Shown piece after piece: positions 38,601-52,219 of a stretch of 64,000 bases of DNA. The position numbers were made by a program, and so were the translations under genes. Each line of letters opens with the position of its first letter. Position 1 is the stretch's first letter. Source of the stretch: Moniliella sp. 'wahieum' (Eukaryota); assembly GCA_003971905.1 (NCBI GenBank), contig RSEE01000070.1, positions 124,001-188,000 of the forward strand, read 5' to 3'. The notes beneath the pieces were generated by a model. The model ran no database searches. It was not told the origin of the DNA and was given only the letters and a program-made list of their open reading frames with translations.

Positions 38601-39571
38601 AAGCGGGCCGCATTTCCGTCCTCAACGTTCAGGGCGTCGCGGACGACGGGATCGACCCGTTGCGGTCTACGATGAAACAAGCGGTCGAGTACATTGATTC
38701 GGCTCGTCGTGCAGGGGGGAAGGTACTGGTTCATTGTCGTGTGGGTGTATCTCGGTCATCGACGATTGTGCTTGCCTACGTTATGGCCCACCTCAACCTT
38801 TCTCTTGAGGCCTACCTTCTTGTCCGTTCCCGCCGCCTCAACATTCTCATCCAGCCTCATCTTCTCTTCTTTGGGAACTGCGAGGCTGGGAGAGTTACCT
38901 GTCCCGGCAGCTCGTTCTGCGCCAGACGTGCCACCCTCTCGACGACGGCAATGGCGACGACGACGTGATGGAATTGGATGAATCGCCGAGGCCAAGCTCC
39001 GACCCTGGACCGCCCTGACGATTGCGCATGCGCATTCGCACGGTCTGCCCACTCGCCTGAGCAAAGCGAGCCACATGGACCGCACCTCGTTGGCCTGCCC
39101 GAGTGCCAGCAGTACCGCCGGCAGATCAAGTCGGCTTCGCGCACGACGGATAACAATGGCGTGCTTGCTCGGCCTTCGGCGACGGGCGGGGCGGTACTGG
39201 AGGAAGTGTATGAGCTGGAAGAAGAAGAACCGCTGGACTGCGACTTGGGCATCGGATCCGCTTGCATTCGTGCCACGTTGCCGGCTCCCTTGCCTCTGCC
39301 TGCGTGTGGCACGTATGCCGCGAACGCCAATGCCATGGAGCGCGACACGACGGTCGTCGCGGGTCTGTCTGCGCCCGCCGGAGGCAAGGCTCCACTTCGA
39401 ATCGAACCCGAATCCGAACCCGAACCCGAACCGAACCCAGTGTGCTCGTGCGGGTATGGTCACATCGTTGGCTACGGATCCTCGCGCGGTGTGCACCCAC
39501 GCGCCATGCGCCTTGCGTGGGGTAGCTTTGCCCAAGAGGTGGCTCACCTCAACGAGCGGTACTTTGTCTAA
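35694..39571 (+). CDS. PPS1: Pps1-like dual-specificity protein phosphatase
   Basis: VVFPFLHG, VSLRNFRIQCANYATISDIVLY, VDFVDGEREEMEILT, first DSP-like motif KVLIHCADGYTETSILALTYIM, FPSRILDFLYLGNL, GVADDGIDPL, catalytic KVLVHCRVGVSRSSTIVLAYVM, EAYLLVRSRRLNILIQP. Confidence 0.85.
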
Positions 39572-40371
39572 ACCCCACGTCTTTGCGGCGTTGTCCCTCC
39601 CTGATGCACATCAACTTCAGGCATCCTTCTGCGCTTCAAGCCTTCACGTTTCCCGCCATTTTTTTAAACCTTTTTCTCTGCCTGTTCTGTGCCATTTGTC
39701 TGTCCTTCGTTCCACTTCCACCCGGTTTTCACTAGGGGTCCACCGTTACCATTTTTTGCCATCACAACGTCCCAACGACCATCCACTGTACATGTACTTA
39801 CTTCTTTCCCCATCTTCCCATCTTCCATCGTCCATTGTCCTCCTCTGTTTCTGTTGGCCGTTCTTCGTCCCCATGCTTCGGACCGACGCTTTTTTGCATA
39901 CTACTCTTTGTTCTCTCTCGCCTGCTCAATTGTCCAAACACACCACTATTCAAACACCTCACCATTTGCCTCTTGTACCCCCCTCCTCTCCCTCTTTGTC
40001 CCTGCTGGCATGCCTTCGTCTTTTGCCCTTGGCCTTCGCACCATCTCATGTTCGTGTCCATGACTGCTCGGTTGAATGTTGGTACGTGATAGCTTGGGAC
40101 GGATGGATTGGATGGATTGGACGAAGTGGGCGAGATAGGAACCGAGGGAAGTACACAAGCGTGGGTCACGTGCCATGACTGAATGCACAGATCGATGGTG
40201 ACAAGGGAGTGGGAAAGGCAACTGGCTGGGTGCGTGGTCACGTGACGGCAGAACCGGGCTAGGGGCGGAATGAGCGTACACCCTTCCGCTCTTCTGGCCG
40301 AGAAGAAGGCGGGGGCTAAGGACGGGGTGGGACGGCTTCTGTCGCTTGGCAGAGTGCTACGGTGTGCTGCG

Positions 40372-42040
40372 ATGGTGCTGGCTGCGTTTGTCCGTCGGGC
40401 GCCTGCTGCGCTGCGCGCCGCCTCCCGCGTGCCAGTCTGGGCCGCACTCGCACGCGCCGCTGCGCCCCACCGCGCCCTCAGCGTCTCCGCCCCCCGCCCG
40501 ACCGCCGCCGCGACCGCCGCTCAGGCTGCGCCGTCGCAGCAAGAGCAGGAGGGGCAGCAAGAGGCTGCCGACGAGCTGACGAAGCAGGTGTCGAGGCTCA
40601 GGCTGAAGCTGAAGCTGATGCCGAGGCCGAGGCCGATGCCGATGCCGAGGCAGAGTATGCAGCTTGGATCAAGGAGGTGACTCAGGCGTACGAAGCCAGG
40701 CCGGGGGAGTTTGTCCATGCCCCTTACGTACCTTCATCCGGCCACGCGTGCGCTCCCGCTCCACGATCCCGAGGGCAGCGGAGCAGGAACTGTTGGATCC
40801 GCAGCGCCTGGGGCTCGGGGAGGACCCACCGCTGTTGCCTGCCAAGTCGGTCAGGGGCAGTACGTGCCGCTATCGGCCTGGGCGTTTGCGCTGGTGCCGC
40901 GTCGAGATCTGCTGTACGCATCGATCAAGTACCACCTTGACGGTTTGCGCAGGGGTACCGCCTCGAGCAAGGGGCGTGGTAACACGGCGTTTTCAGGAAA
41001 AAAGTTGCGTCCTCAAAAGGGTACTGGTCGTGCGCGTTTGGCTGACCGTGCCTCGCCCGCGCTCCGAGGCGGTGGTGTGTCGCACGGCCCGAAACCGAGA
41101 GACTACTCGTCCAAGTTGCCTCGGCAGGTGCGCGAGTTGGCGCTGCGCTCGGCCTTGTCGGCCAAGTGGATGGCAGGGGAACTGGAGGTGGTGCGGAGCT
41201 TGGTATGGGACCACCCACCGGGCACGGCCAGGACGTTGAAGCAAACGTTGGCCTCGCGTGGGTTTGGACCAAGACGTTGTTCCTCACTGCGCCGCGGTCG
41301 CCAGAGCCCGGTACGTTGGAACGTGTTCCCGCCTTGGGCGCCGGTGACTACCCCCCTCTCCCGGCTCGCCGTCGTGCGATGCGGGCTACGACGCGTGACC
41401 CCACCTACCCGCAAGAACGGGTGGATGCACACATCAAGGCGCTGCGCGGGTTTGAGCTGAGCCTGCGCTCGTTGGGCAAAGACTACAGTATTCTGCATCT
41501 TCCCAAGCTGAAGGAAGCGTATCTACGCCACGTGCTGCACACCCGCGGCCGGCAGTGGATGCACCGCCACGGCACGTTCAAGCGGCCGTCGGAGTTGCCG
41601 GCGTATACCATTCTCAAAGCGCGCAAGGTGGTGGTGGATTAGGTGCGCTCGAGTGGATCGAGGAGAAGTTGGGTGGGGCACGGTTCCATCGTCGTGCGGT
41701 AGGCGAGGACCAGGATCCCAAGTTGCTCGAGTACCCGTACAACCCGCTCTTGCCCGCCAAGCTCGAAGCGCCTTCTATCCCGGCTGCTACCCGGCCCGAT
41801 TGGGCGTACGATACGCGTTTGGCCAAGGCACTGCAGAGGCGCGAAGAACGCATGGCGCGCGCCGCCAAGGTGCACCAAGCACGTCTCAATATGGTCCTCT
41901 ATGGGGACGAGAACAAAGAATTGTTGGATGACGACGAAGCGTTCAAGTACCTGGCTCAGTCCAAGTCGCTCATTGCCGAGACCCTGTCCAAGATTCACGT
42001 CTGGAACAAGAAACAGGCCCAGGACCACATTGACAGCTGA
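40372..42040 (+). CDS. YML6: Mitochondrial large-subunit ribosomal protein uL4m (YmL6-like)
   Basis: Arg/Ala-rich presequence-like N-terminus. L4 signature RRGTASSKGRGNTAFSGKKLRPQKGTGRARL..SPALRGGGVSHGPKPRDYSSKLPRQVRELALRSALSAK. Confidence 0.9.
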
Positions 42041-42136
42041 TCCTCCTCGACTGCCCAGCGAACGAATCCCAGTGTATGCACATCCCATAATGTCATTTCC
42101 TCGGCCCATCCCCATACTACAGTCCAATTCGTTCTC

Positions 42137-44287
42137 TCATAGTGGTGGCAGTGGCGGCGGCGGCCACAGGCCAGGTATGGTGCGGGCCGCGACCGAGGCA
42201 CGGCAGAGGAGATCGTCCGCGGGTGGAGTGGCAGCTTGGTCGACGGAGCTGGCGCTGGCGGTGGTGGGGGCAGGGGCCATGGCGTTAAAGTAGCGCAACG
42301 TCTCATCAAAACTTGCAACTGGGCCAACGCCAAGGTCTCACGCACAATCAACGCTACGCCACCACCAAACTGAAGCTGCTTGCCACCCCCGGGCCCTTGC
42401 TGGGTGCCCTCTGCTCCGTCTGCCCGATCGGACGGGTGCGCAGCGACCAACGCGCTGTCGGGCCCAGATCGCCTCCCATACCCGGCATGTATCTTCCAGC
42501 GCAAGTTCCCGCTTGAATGTGACGAGCAGCCAACTGGAAAAGCGGACACGGTCAGCATACACCCTTTGATCTGGTGGGACGTGGTACATACCATGAAGAC
42601 CAACGTACCGATAGGCAAAAAAGAGGTTGTCCGCTTCGGTGCGAACGAGATGGGCATACGTTTCCGGCGCACCGGTGCGTAGCATGCCTCGCAGACTTGC
42701 CAGCGCCGACGTCATCGCCACTTGGTCTCGGCGGAACGCGGCGCCCCACCCAAAGTGGGACAAGAGCGCACGCAGACACGCCCACGTCAGTGCATTCGCA
42801 GTCGGGTCCGCTTGGTCGGCCTGAATCGCCGAGGGCGGGAAGAGCGAAACGTAGAACGGCACAGAGGTCAGACAGTCCCTGGGCGTACCCTCCCAACTGG
42901 GCTGCAGGGGGGGAAGGATGCTGGCCCACGTTCTCAGCGGCAGTGGCATGTGTGTCCCACAGCACGAGGGCAAGGAGGATAGAAAGAGGGATTGGATGTG
43001 ACATTGGAACGGTCGCCGCCTTCCTCCTCCCTGGACGGGTCAACGCGCGCTGGGTCGGCCTCCAAGGGCAACCGGAACAGCTCATGTTCCCGATCGGTCC
43101 GCTCGCAATCCAATCGGATCTTGCGTCGCTCGTCCACTAGGTCAACGTCCAAGGTGGTTGGTCTCCACTGCTTTCCTGCTTGGCTCGGGCCTGATGAAGG
43201 AAGGTCGACATGCTCGAACGACTCGGGGGAGGAGAGTGGATGGTCCCTACGAGGGAGAGGACGGGGCAGCAGCGTGCTGGCTTCGGCTTGCAACGCTTCA
43301 TACTCGGCGTGAAGCGAGTCCAAGATATCCTGGCGCTGGGAAGAGGTACTGTCCCAAGGGTACACTCCCAGAAGGAAAGGCCAGATGGCATGGCGCGCAT
43401 CGACCGCCACGCCACGAGAGAAGACTTGGCCGCGTACCCCATCGGCGATGGCGGAAGCAACTGTGGGTGTCGGTGCGGTGGCCGTCTGAGCAGACGAGGA
43501 GCAGCTACGGCAGAGGGGACGGGGACAGGGATTGGCTGGGTCCAGCCGACCTTGATCGTCCAGCCATGCGGTCCATTCGTCGATCGTGATGGGAGAAGGG
43601 TGAGACGGTCTTGTCCAGGGCAGCCGCCAGGCAGACGAGCTGGGATCGGAACGGCAGGGCTGGCGTAGATCGCTATCCTGCCGCGCTTGGTCCGCAGCTG
43701 CGGCGAGACGGGAAGCCCATTGGGCCAGGTGAACGCGCTGAGGGTCGTAGGCCAGCGAAGCCCGCTCCTCCTCGGTGGGGGGCGGGGGGGGACCACCCCG
43801 TGCGGGCAGAGGGATGGAGGTGGGCCCATTGGCCAGGGGCGCAGGCAAGACGGAGGATGCGCCGAGTGCAGTGGCGGCCGGGTGAGTGAGTGCGGCCTGC
43901 ATACCGTGCCGTGCCGCCGCAGTGACCAACGCAAACTCGCCCAACACGCTTGACCGCGCCGACGCAGCCCACTGCGCCACGTCTTCCGCGCCCCACCCGC
44001 CGTCTGGGCGCCAGCGTCCGACGCCACGGGCAACCAGCCGGCGCAATCCGATCGGCCAGTGTGTCAACGCCGGTACCTGATAGTGCTGCCCGCAGACGTC
44101 CGAGACCCCAGGATCCAACACCGCCCCCCCCCCGCCCGCGCCCGGGGCAGGCCGGTCGACACGGGGCTGGCCCCTGTGGCCCCAGCAGGTCGTCGGGGAA
44201 ATCGGGCGGGTCGGCGGGCTGGGATGGGGGCGGAGGGTAGGCGGGAGTATGGGGATGCGCCGGGGACTTGGCGTCGCGGTGGTCCAT
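42137..44287 (-). CDS. TBC-domain Rab GTPase-activating protein, Gyp7/TBC1D15-like
   Basis: VFSRGV..RHAIWPFLLGVYPWDST, IRLDCERTDR (IxxDxxR), GYAQGLSDLCA (YxQ), LFFAYRWLLVTFKRE..CRVWEAIW after removing intron 42534-42608. Confidence 0.85.
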
Positions 44288-45652
44288 GCTGCGTCTGCGG
44301 CAGCCGAGTATGTCGAGGGGGTAACGTTTAGCGGTTAAGCGTCCCGTTGGGATCAGCGAGGGAGTTGAGGCTCGGCGGAGGTTGAGGAGCAATATTGAGC
44401 ACCGCGCAGCCAGCGCCGAGTTGAGATTTCAATTTGTTGTGTACCCTGGGTTTTGTATATACTGCTTCTTTTGTCTTCGTCCTCGCCGAGTGTATCGTCA
44501 TCCTCTTCCCTTGCGGGCCGTTTCCTCCATCATCCCTGGGCTAGCCTGCATTCCCACTATGCCCTCCATCAGGCTCACCTTTTGCCCAACCTCTTGTTCA
44601 CAAATGCGTCTTTCTTCCTTGGATCATCTTCAAAAAACCCCACCTCACGCATCGCACACCGCTGTTGTGTCTTCCGTCGCTTGGCATGTTATGTCGCTCG
44701 CGTCCCTTTGCTTCCCGGATGCCCCTACGCTTTCACGTCCAACTACTCTTGTGTGCATTCTGTCTACAACCGACCGTGGGCCTTTCCGCTCATCCTCGCT
44801 TCTCTCTCTGTTGACTCAAAAACCGACTCTCTGATGATCATCGTCGATGATCTCTCAGCCGAGACACGCTCTGGCTTTCACAAATCGCTACAGCTTCCTC
44901 CGCGATTCTTTTGTGATCTCCACATAGGCGGCCATATCCACTGCTCTTCTTACCGGTACGACCTGCTTGTTCTGTTTCCGCACGGATCAAGGGCCAAGCC
45001 AAAGAGGCGTCAACGTGCGTCAACGGTTAACGTCCTTCTCCGGTGCCCCCCTCATACTAGCAGCTCCACGCACTATGGGTGTTTTTGGACCTGCGTTTTT
45101 GGACCCACGGTGAGCGTGATGGCTGTTGAGCAGGAGATGAGCTGCCCGAAGCAGTAGTGTGGGTGTTGCTGGGGTGGAGTGGAGATGGCTGGAGGCGGTG
45201 TCCGTGGTGTTCGGTGCTGGGCGGATATATGCTGGAGAGACGGACAAAGCGGCTCTTGTGAGGACACTGAAGCCAAGGCCGACCGGGGGCAGGCACGGGG
45301 GCGGTGCATGGCGCACACTCTGTTTCCACAGCTAGTGACTGGAAACGAGGGACCAGGAGGGCGACGGCATGCGCTGGTGTGCCTGGTGTGCTAGGCTGCT
45401 GCCGTGCCCCCGACTGGTTCTGGGGGCAGGCAAGGGGCGGCTGTCGTTTCTGGCGCACGGCCCCAGTGTGCCGTTCTAACATGCGGATGGGGCTGGCGAG
45501 GCGGTGGCTGGCAGGACAGGCACACACGCCTGGTGCGGCCGCATGCACGCCTGCCGCATCTGACATCCCTTGCATACGCTTGCGTGCCAGGCCCTATGCA
45601 GCCACACCCACGCCCCCTTGCTTTTGGCAGCCCCCCCCCACCCCCACCCGGC

Positions 45653-48600
45653 ATGGACCGCTCGCGCAGCCGCAGCAGCAGCTCATCGCGCCTCCCCGTC
45701 CCCTCTTCTAGTCCGTCCGCCGTCCCCCCGCCCCCCGCCCCCGCCCCCCCCCCCTCCCTTCTCTGCTCCCTCCTACCCCGCTCTCGGCCTCTCCCCTCCC
45801 TCCCCTCTCTCTCTCTCCACGTCCACTCGCCCCGCCGCCCTTTTCGCCCCTTAACCCCGGCAGCCTCCGACAGGACCCCGCCCCCTCGTGCCCTCGCCCT
45901 CCCCGCCCCCCCCCGAGCTCGCCCTCACGGCCTCCACCTCCTCTGCTTCTGCCCCGGCCCCCTCGCCCCCCGGCCAGCAGAACCCTCCTCCGCCCGCTTC
46001 CACCGCCCGCCCCCCGACCTCCATGCCCTTCTTGCCCAGATCGCCGCCGAGCCGGGCAGTGCGTCGTCGCCAGGGGTGCTGTCCATGCTCCAATCCGTCG
46101 CCTCTTTCTCTGCGTCCACCCATGCCCCGACACAGCCCCAGCCCAGCCACAGCCACCCCCCACGGCTGCCCCGCTGCTGTCCCAGCCCCAGGGCTCAGCC
46201 CAGCTCTCGTCACTAATGCCGCTGGTTGCCTCCATCATGGCCCCGCACAGCGGCGCAAACCAGGCGCAGGCGCAGGCTGCTGGCGCACGGGTCCTCCAGG
46301 CGCTCTCGGACTTCCTCAATGTCCAGGCCACCAGCGCCCCAGCGCCCGACCCGCCCCCCGACCCACCGGTCTCCATCGATGAGTGGCTCCCGGCCGCGCT
46401 GCCGGGACAACCGCCAGCTGCTCGCGTCTCCTTTGATCCTGCCCTCGGCCACCACACCCCCACTCGCCGTGGAACGCTCCGCCTGCCCAGCATCCATCCT
46501 CGGCGTACTCCAGCCCTCTCTTTGTTGGCTCCTCCACCGCCGGTGCCCTGCACCCGCATGGCCATCCCAACCCCAACCCCAACTCCAACCCGTCTGGCCC
46601 CGCTCCCAACTCGGCCTTTTCCACACCCATGCCTTTTCCGTCGGCGCCCCCTCCAGCTCCTCCGGTGCTCTGAGTTTGCCCCACACGCCTGCCAATGGCT
46701 TTCCCACCCAAGGCCCCGAGGTGGATATGTTTGCCCCGCTCGTCTCGCCCCCTGGGAATGCGCCCTGGGCCATCCAATGCAACCCCCGATGCTCTCCAGC
46801 CGTTCGTTGACTGGCTGCAGAAACAAGCCTATGCGCCGCCTGCTACGTCGACCGCAGCCCCTCCCCCTCCCGCACCCCAAACCCAGACCGCGTCCGCGGC
46901 TGGCCCTGTCCGTTCCGGCCGCAAGGGGTCCAGCACGACTCGCTCCCGCGCCCGCCCTTCCCCCCTGATCAAGCCACAAGGCAACAATCGGTCACGGCGT
47001 GCTTCGCGCGAGGACCTAGGCTCGCCGGGGGCGCGTTAGGTGGTCCAGCCGGCATGGCAGCTGCGACAGCTGCGTTGCAGGTGCTGCGCCCGCGCAAATC
47101 CAATGCGTCGCTGCAGAACACCCCGCAGCGCAAGCACCGCTCTTCCGCCAGCTCCAGTGGACTGCCGCCGCAGCATGATCTGCCTTCGACCCTATCCGCG
47201 CCTGCTACGCCTGCCACTCTCCTCCCCCGCTGCTGTCGCTGGTGCGCCCAGTGGTTCCCAGACGCTTCCATCCCACTCTTCTCCAATGGCGCCCCCTGCT
47301 ACCAATGAGGCGTGGAACCAAGCGTTCAATGCGCTGTGGTGGGACTCTGCGCAGCCCCAACCTGCCGCCGAGACAGGAACAGCTTCTGCCCCGGCCGGCG
47401 CGATGGCCCAGCCCAGTAGCAGAGAGGCCAAGGCACCTTCTGCAGGACAGGAAGCGTCGGCGCCCGGGACTGTAGCGCGTTCAGGCACACAGGGCGATGA
47501 TGATGGAATGTGCTGGATCCACACGTTTGACGACACACCTTCGCCGATCCAGCTCGAGGGCCCCGATAGCGCCGGTAGCACCGGCAGCCGAACGGGGGCG
47601 CCCAAGAGTGGTGCGAGCAATACCTCCTCCAGCTCAGTGTCCAACTCGGCCGGGTCCAAGTCCAATCCTGGGCCGCACATTGCCCATCCCTCCACCTCAT
47701 CCCCTGTTCTGGTCACTCCCCCACCGCCTATAGCCCCAAGCCACACGTCCATGCCCCCGCCGGGCCCGGGAGCCGAGTCGGTACCGCTGACGCCAGCGAC
47801 GCTGATGGGCCTGGATTCGATGCCTGCTCCTCCATCCCGCTCGGGCGGGTCGAGCGACAAGCTGCCGACGTTGCCGACCATTCCACAGGCGCTGGAGCCC
47901 GACGTTGCGCTGCCCCCCGTGACAGGGGAGACAAGTCAGTCGGCCAGTCGGCGTACTTCGTACCATGGTAGTCGCACTGTGCCTGCCTCGCCTGCGTTCG
48001 CTGGCGTTCTAACCAGCCCTGCGATTCTGGCCCGTGCTGGCTCGCTGGAACTGGGCACGAGTGGGTCTGGTTCCGGCCAAAGTTCAGGCCAACGGGGCAT
48101 TTCGGTCCCCGACACGCCTCCTATCCTTAAGGCTCCCCGGAAATCCGGCAAGGCAAAGTCAGGCAAGGGGACCGAGGCGAACCGAATCACATTCCATGCA
48201 GCTGCTGCCGCCGCTAAGAAAGCGGCGGCGGCACGGGAAGCAGCCGCAAAGGAGGCGGCCTTGGCCGCGCAAGCGGACGGGACCAGTTCGGCCTCGGCCG
48301 AACAACGTCGAACGTCGCACAAGGCCGCGGAGCAAAAACGACGAGACAGTTTAAAGGATTCGTTTGACGATCTGCGAGATGTGTTGCCTGCGATCATTTT
48401 GGATGAAGAAGCGTTGGGCGGGAGCATCCTTGCGCCCGATGGGCTTCCGGAAGACGAAGAAGCGGAAGACTTTGTGCCTGCTCAACTCGTGCCGTCCGAA
48501 CATGCGAAACGCGTCAACCGCGGTATCTCCAAAGCTGCCGTCTTGCGACACGGAAACGAGTTCCTGTCCCGTGTCCAGGCGCGCTTGGCCCGTCGCGAAG

Positions 48601-48925
48601 CGCTGCTGGTCCAAGCGCGCGAAGAAAATTTGGCGTTACGCGCACTGTTGACCGCCTTGGTTCCCGAATTGCCCGAGTCAGACAGTGGGACAATCCCCTC
48701 TGGCTGGCGGATACGCCTACCGTCGCAGCGATCCGCGCGGCGAGGGATAGTGTCCTTGCCCCGAGCGTGGAGAAGGTACGTGCGCTGTATACGCCAACGG
48801 CCGCGTTGCTTGCCCCGTCCCATTCGGTCCCGGTCGACCTGCCCGCTTCCGCCATGCCTGTCCCTGATCCTGTGCCCCCGCCTCCTGTGGTCCAGGAAGA
48901 CGGAATGGATATGGCCGAGGGCTGA
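45653..48925 (+). CDS. bHLH transcription factor, Pho4-like (basidiomycete type); start uncertain
   Basis: Long Ser/Pro-rich N-terminus. C-terminal bHLH RRTSHKAAEQKRRDSLKDSFDDLRDVLP..(long loop)..NRGISKAAVLRHGNEFL with the H-E-R residues typical of CACGTG binders. Confidence 0.8.
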
Positions 48926-49398
48926 GGGGCTGAGGGCTGAGGTGGGGAGACTATCTTTTGTTGGTTTCGTTTTGCACCTGTACTTTTCCCCGTCTCGGAC
49001 ACTCGAAGCTCGGTGCTTATAGCTCTGTATTTACCATGTCTAGTGCTTGGCTGTGTTTCCCCGGGGCTACCTGCGCCGGCGCGTGTCGGAGGGATAGTGG
49101 TGCGTGAGGCTGGTTACAGAAGGGTAGGTTGGATAGAGCAAAAGAGTGGTTGCTGGGGGCGTTGATTAATGACACGACGGCTTGCTCGGCCCAGCCCCAC
49201 CTCGACGGGAGAGGTGCGCGGGGGAACCGAGCCGGAATTGCAGCGCCACGCTAAATCTGAGGGTGTGAGATCTGAGATGCGAGACGCGGGTTGCACCGAT
49301 TGTGCTATTATTTTTTGGTCCGACGCTGGCCAAGTCAACCAATCTACCAACCCACAACCTGATCGGTCATCCCCACCCGCTCCCGCCAGTGCTACAGG

Positions 49399-50137
49399 AT
49401 GGGCGTGGTAGGTGCCAGTCTGCCCCATCTGGAGGGACAGAGGAGAACTGACGTATCCGATTGGCTAGACAAAACCCAGGACCAGTCTTTCCAAGGACGG
49501 CAAAAAGCGCGTCTCGTCCGCGTCCCAGACGGGGAGCAAGGCCGTGCAGAAACGCGGGGCCGCCTCGGGCCCTTCTGGCGCAGGGGCCGTCGGCGCGCCA
49601 GACCGAGCAACCGAGTTGGCGGAACGGTACCTGTCCCATACCCAGCTGAGCAAGGCGGACAAACGTGCGGCGCGACGGGCCGAGTTGTTGGCCAAGCAAG
49701 CGCAACACGTGCCTGATCGGACATTGAGCCCAGCCTACTCGGCCGCTGCGCTGGCTGCCTTGCCTGACCACGCACTGTCCCGCTCGGCTCTGCGCCGACG
49801 CAAGCGCAGTAACGGCCAGTTGGCCGGTACGGCAGAAACGGGCCGCATGGAGGATCTGCATGCTGGGTTGGACGCGATTGTAGGTGAGTTGGCTGAAGCG
49901 GAAGCGGATGCGTCGGTGGACCAGCACCAACAAGGCAAGATTGGTGCCCTTCCACCGACCGATGCCCCGCCCGCACCGACCATGACCAGTCGACGACGCA
50001 AGGCGTTGTTGGCGCAGGAAGGCGCACGGCAAAAGGCCGTGTTGAGTGATTTGGCACGGAGCGCCAACCCTTGGGCTGCGCTTCGCCACCATGCGGCCAA
50101 TTCACTTGCGTTTGACCCGCACGCTTCGCGACCCTGA
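49399..50137 (+). CDS. SLX9: Slx9/FAM207A-like ribosome biogenesis protein
   Basis: ATG GGC GTG, then intron 49408-49468 (GTAGGT..CTGAC..TAG) in frame with ORF 49544..50137. Motifs LSRSALRRRKR, RRKALLAQEGARQKAVL, ANPWAALRHHAANSL. Confidence 0.7.
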
Positions 50138-50906
50138 GCGTGGCGGCTACCGCGGAGGTGGGGGAGAGCGGACCTACAACCCGTCGCATTCTGTATGGCT
50201 AGGCTGAGGCGGAAGACACTTGGCATTCCAAGTGGACCACGAGGCGAGAAGGGGATGTTGAAGTGGAGTGGATTTTCACACCATCCCATCCTTTCCACCA
50301 CACACTCAGCACCCTTCCCTCCCGCCTTGCCAGTGCTTATCTGAACAACACTTTGTTTCGCAGTGTTTTTGTGTAGTACAACGAGTTCCTCCTTTGGCCC
50401 CTCGGCCTGCCGTTCGCGGTATCCTCACCCACTCGACATGAATGGATTGTGCTGGACGAACGGTGGCACCCTCAGACAGCATCTGGCTGTCGACTCAGTC
50501 ACCTGGTCCGGGCCTTATCTTCCCTCCATTCGCTCCTCTCCCCTCTCTTGGCTTCTCATCCTTTGAGCGAAACGCCGGGCGGGAGCTGCATGCGCCCATG
50601 TGCAAAAAAACAACCCCAGGATGGGCGTGGTGGGGGTTGTCAACATGTCAACATTGTAGGCATGCAGGGCCACAGTTAAGAGAGCCCAGTGCGTTGAACC
50701 GTTGAACGTGTTGAACATAAGTACAACTCATTGTTCGGAAATACCGCACACATAATGCACACCTAATCCATGGCCTTCGAAAGCTACCCAAAGATCCCTC
50801 CTACATAGCGCTTCCTGTACCAGTGCCTGCAGTAATGATGCGGAAACACACATGCAACATTGCATTGCCTGGCATACGCCCATCACAGAGGGTGTCGGTA
50901 CCGCAT

Positions 50907-51691
50907 TCACCGTAGTTCATTCATTGCCTGCACCATCTCTTCGTGGGTCTTGATTACATGGGAACAGGGCAACGGCGGCAAGCTTTCTATAGGCCCACCC
51001 GGGAGGGTCCAATCCAACGCGTCAGCAAAGGTCAACGTCCTGATGAGCCGGATATAGGGGCCCTTGATCTGGTCAAGGGGCAAGCGCACAGCCGTTTCGA
51101 CTTCACCTTCCTCTTGTAGGTCCTCACCCTCAACGCCATGCGAAAGCTCAATCATCGTCGCTTTTCCGTCGGTCAGGGTAGCTGGGTCGATAAAGGTGAG
51201 GTGCGTTTGTATTTGGCACGGACCCTTGTCGCGGAAGGAAGTCTTCACCATCTCCACCATGTATTCGCGTACGGCGGGCGTGAATGGAGGAACAGTTGCG
51301 TGAGGCTCAGCGAGCAAGTCGGGCGGCAGTACCGGTCAAAGTAGCCGATCGCGCAGAATATTTCGCCAACATCCTCAATGCCCCCTTTGATTTCTCCGTT
51401 CTCGATGATGGTAAGGATACGGTGCCGCTGCTCGGGCGTTACAGGGACCGTGAATATGACAAGGGAAAAATCAGGATATGCGTCGGGGTCGAACACGTTG
51501 AACGACGAAGCATCAATGGGATCCGGGTCGTTCGAGACGATGATCAGGCCGTCCTCACCGCCGTCACGAGCGCGCAATACGCTTTCGTACGATTCACGCA
51601 CCTTGCCATTTATTCCCAAGTCGACGCGCCGGAAAGTGTGCTCGGGCACGCCGTTCGCTGCGGCGCGGAACTCAACGGTCTCGGTGGTCAT
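50907..51691 (-). CDS. Hypothetical acidic globular protein (~260 aa), family not recognised
   Basis: Two overlapping protein-like ORFs (MTTETVEF.. and ..LAEPHATVPPF..NELR*) joined by one frameshift near 51315. TATATA elements upstream at ~51778 and ~51843. Confidence 0.6.
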
Positions 51692-52219
51692 GGGGCGGCG
51701 TGTGTGAGTGTGCTGGCGGCGGCAATAGGAGGGAAAAGCGCTGAAGACGGGACCCGAGAGAAGACAGGCTGTGGCCCTATATAGGAACAGGGGAAAGTGT
51801 GGGAAGGGCGTTTTGGGGAACAAACACAAAAAGGCGCAGCCATATATAGGCGCACGGATGTGGGGCGATTTGGGTTAGACGCTGAGATAACCTTTGTAAC
51901 CAAACCGCCCTGTACGTTGAGCCAGCGGTGCGAAGGCCATGTGCCCCACCTTCATGTCATGCTGGCTTGGTCCTCCCTCGCTCTCGCGCTATTTTATATC
52001 GGCGGGCCTCGTCGGCCGGCTCCCCCCCCCCCATGTGCTTTGGACCCAAATCGCTCCCATTTGACTGACCCCGTACTCGTAACTCCCAGGATATTCATCT
52101 GTTGTTTAATTCCTTCATTTTATTTTCCTTTTGGGGCCTACTCTTACCTTTTATGCCGTTTGACCCATCATCGACATATATCATCGCATCCAGTCCTGTG
52201 CTGTTCTCTTCATTATCAT

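Noticed and set aside
44453..45157. 234-aa plus-strand ORF between the TBC and bHLH genes
   Set aside because: Pyrimidine-rich, with an atypical protein composition and no motif; probably a spurious ORF or decayed repeat.
45708..46979. Long antisense ORFs such as the 423-aa minus-strand ORF (many similar across the window)
   Set aside because: Shadow ORFs of GC-rich coding sequence on the opposite strand.
2792..50137. Several ribosome-related genes (NSA1, CBF5, SLX9, uL4m) in one window
   Set aside because: They are interspersed with unrelated genes and I found no convincing shared promoter motif; compatible with chance.
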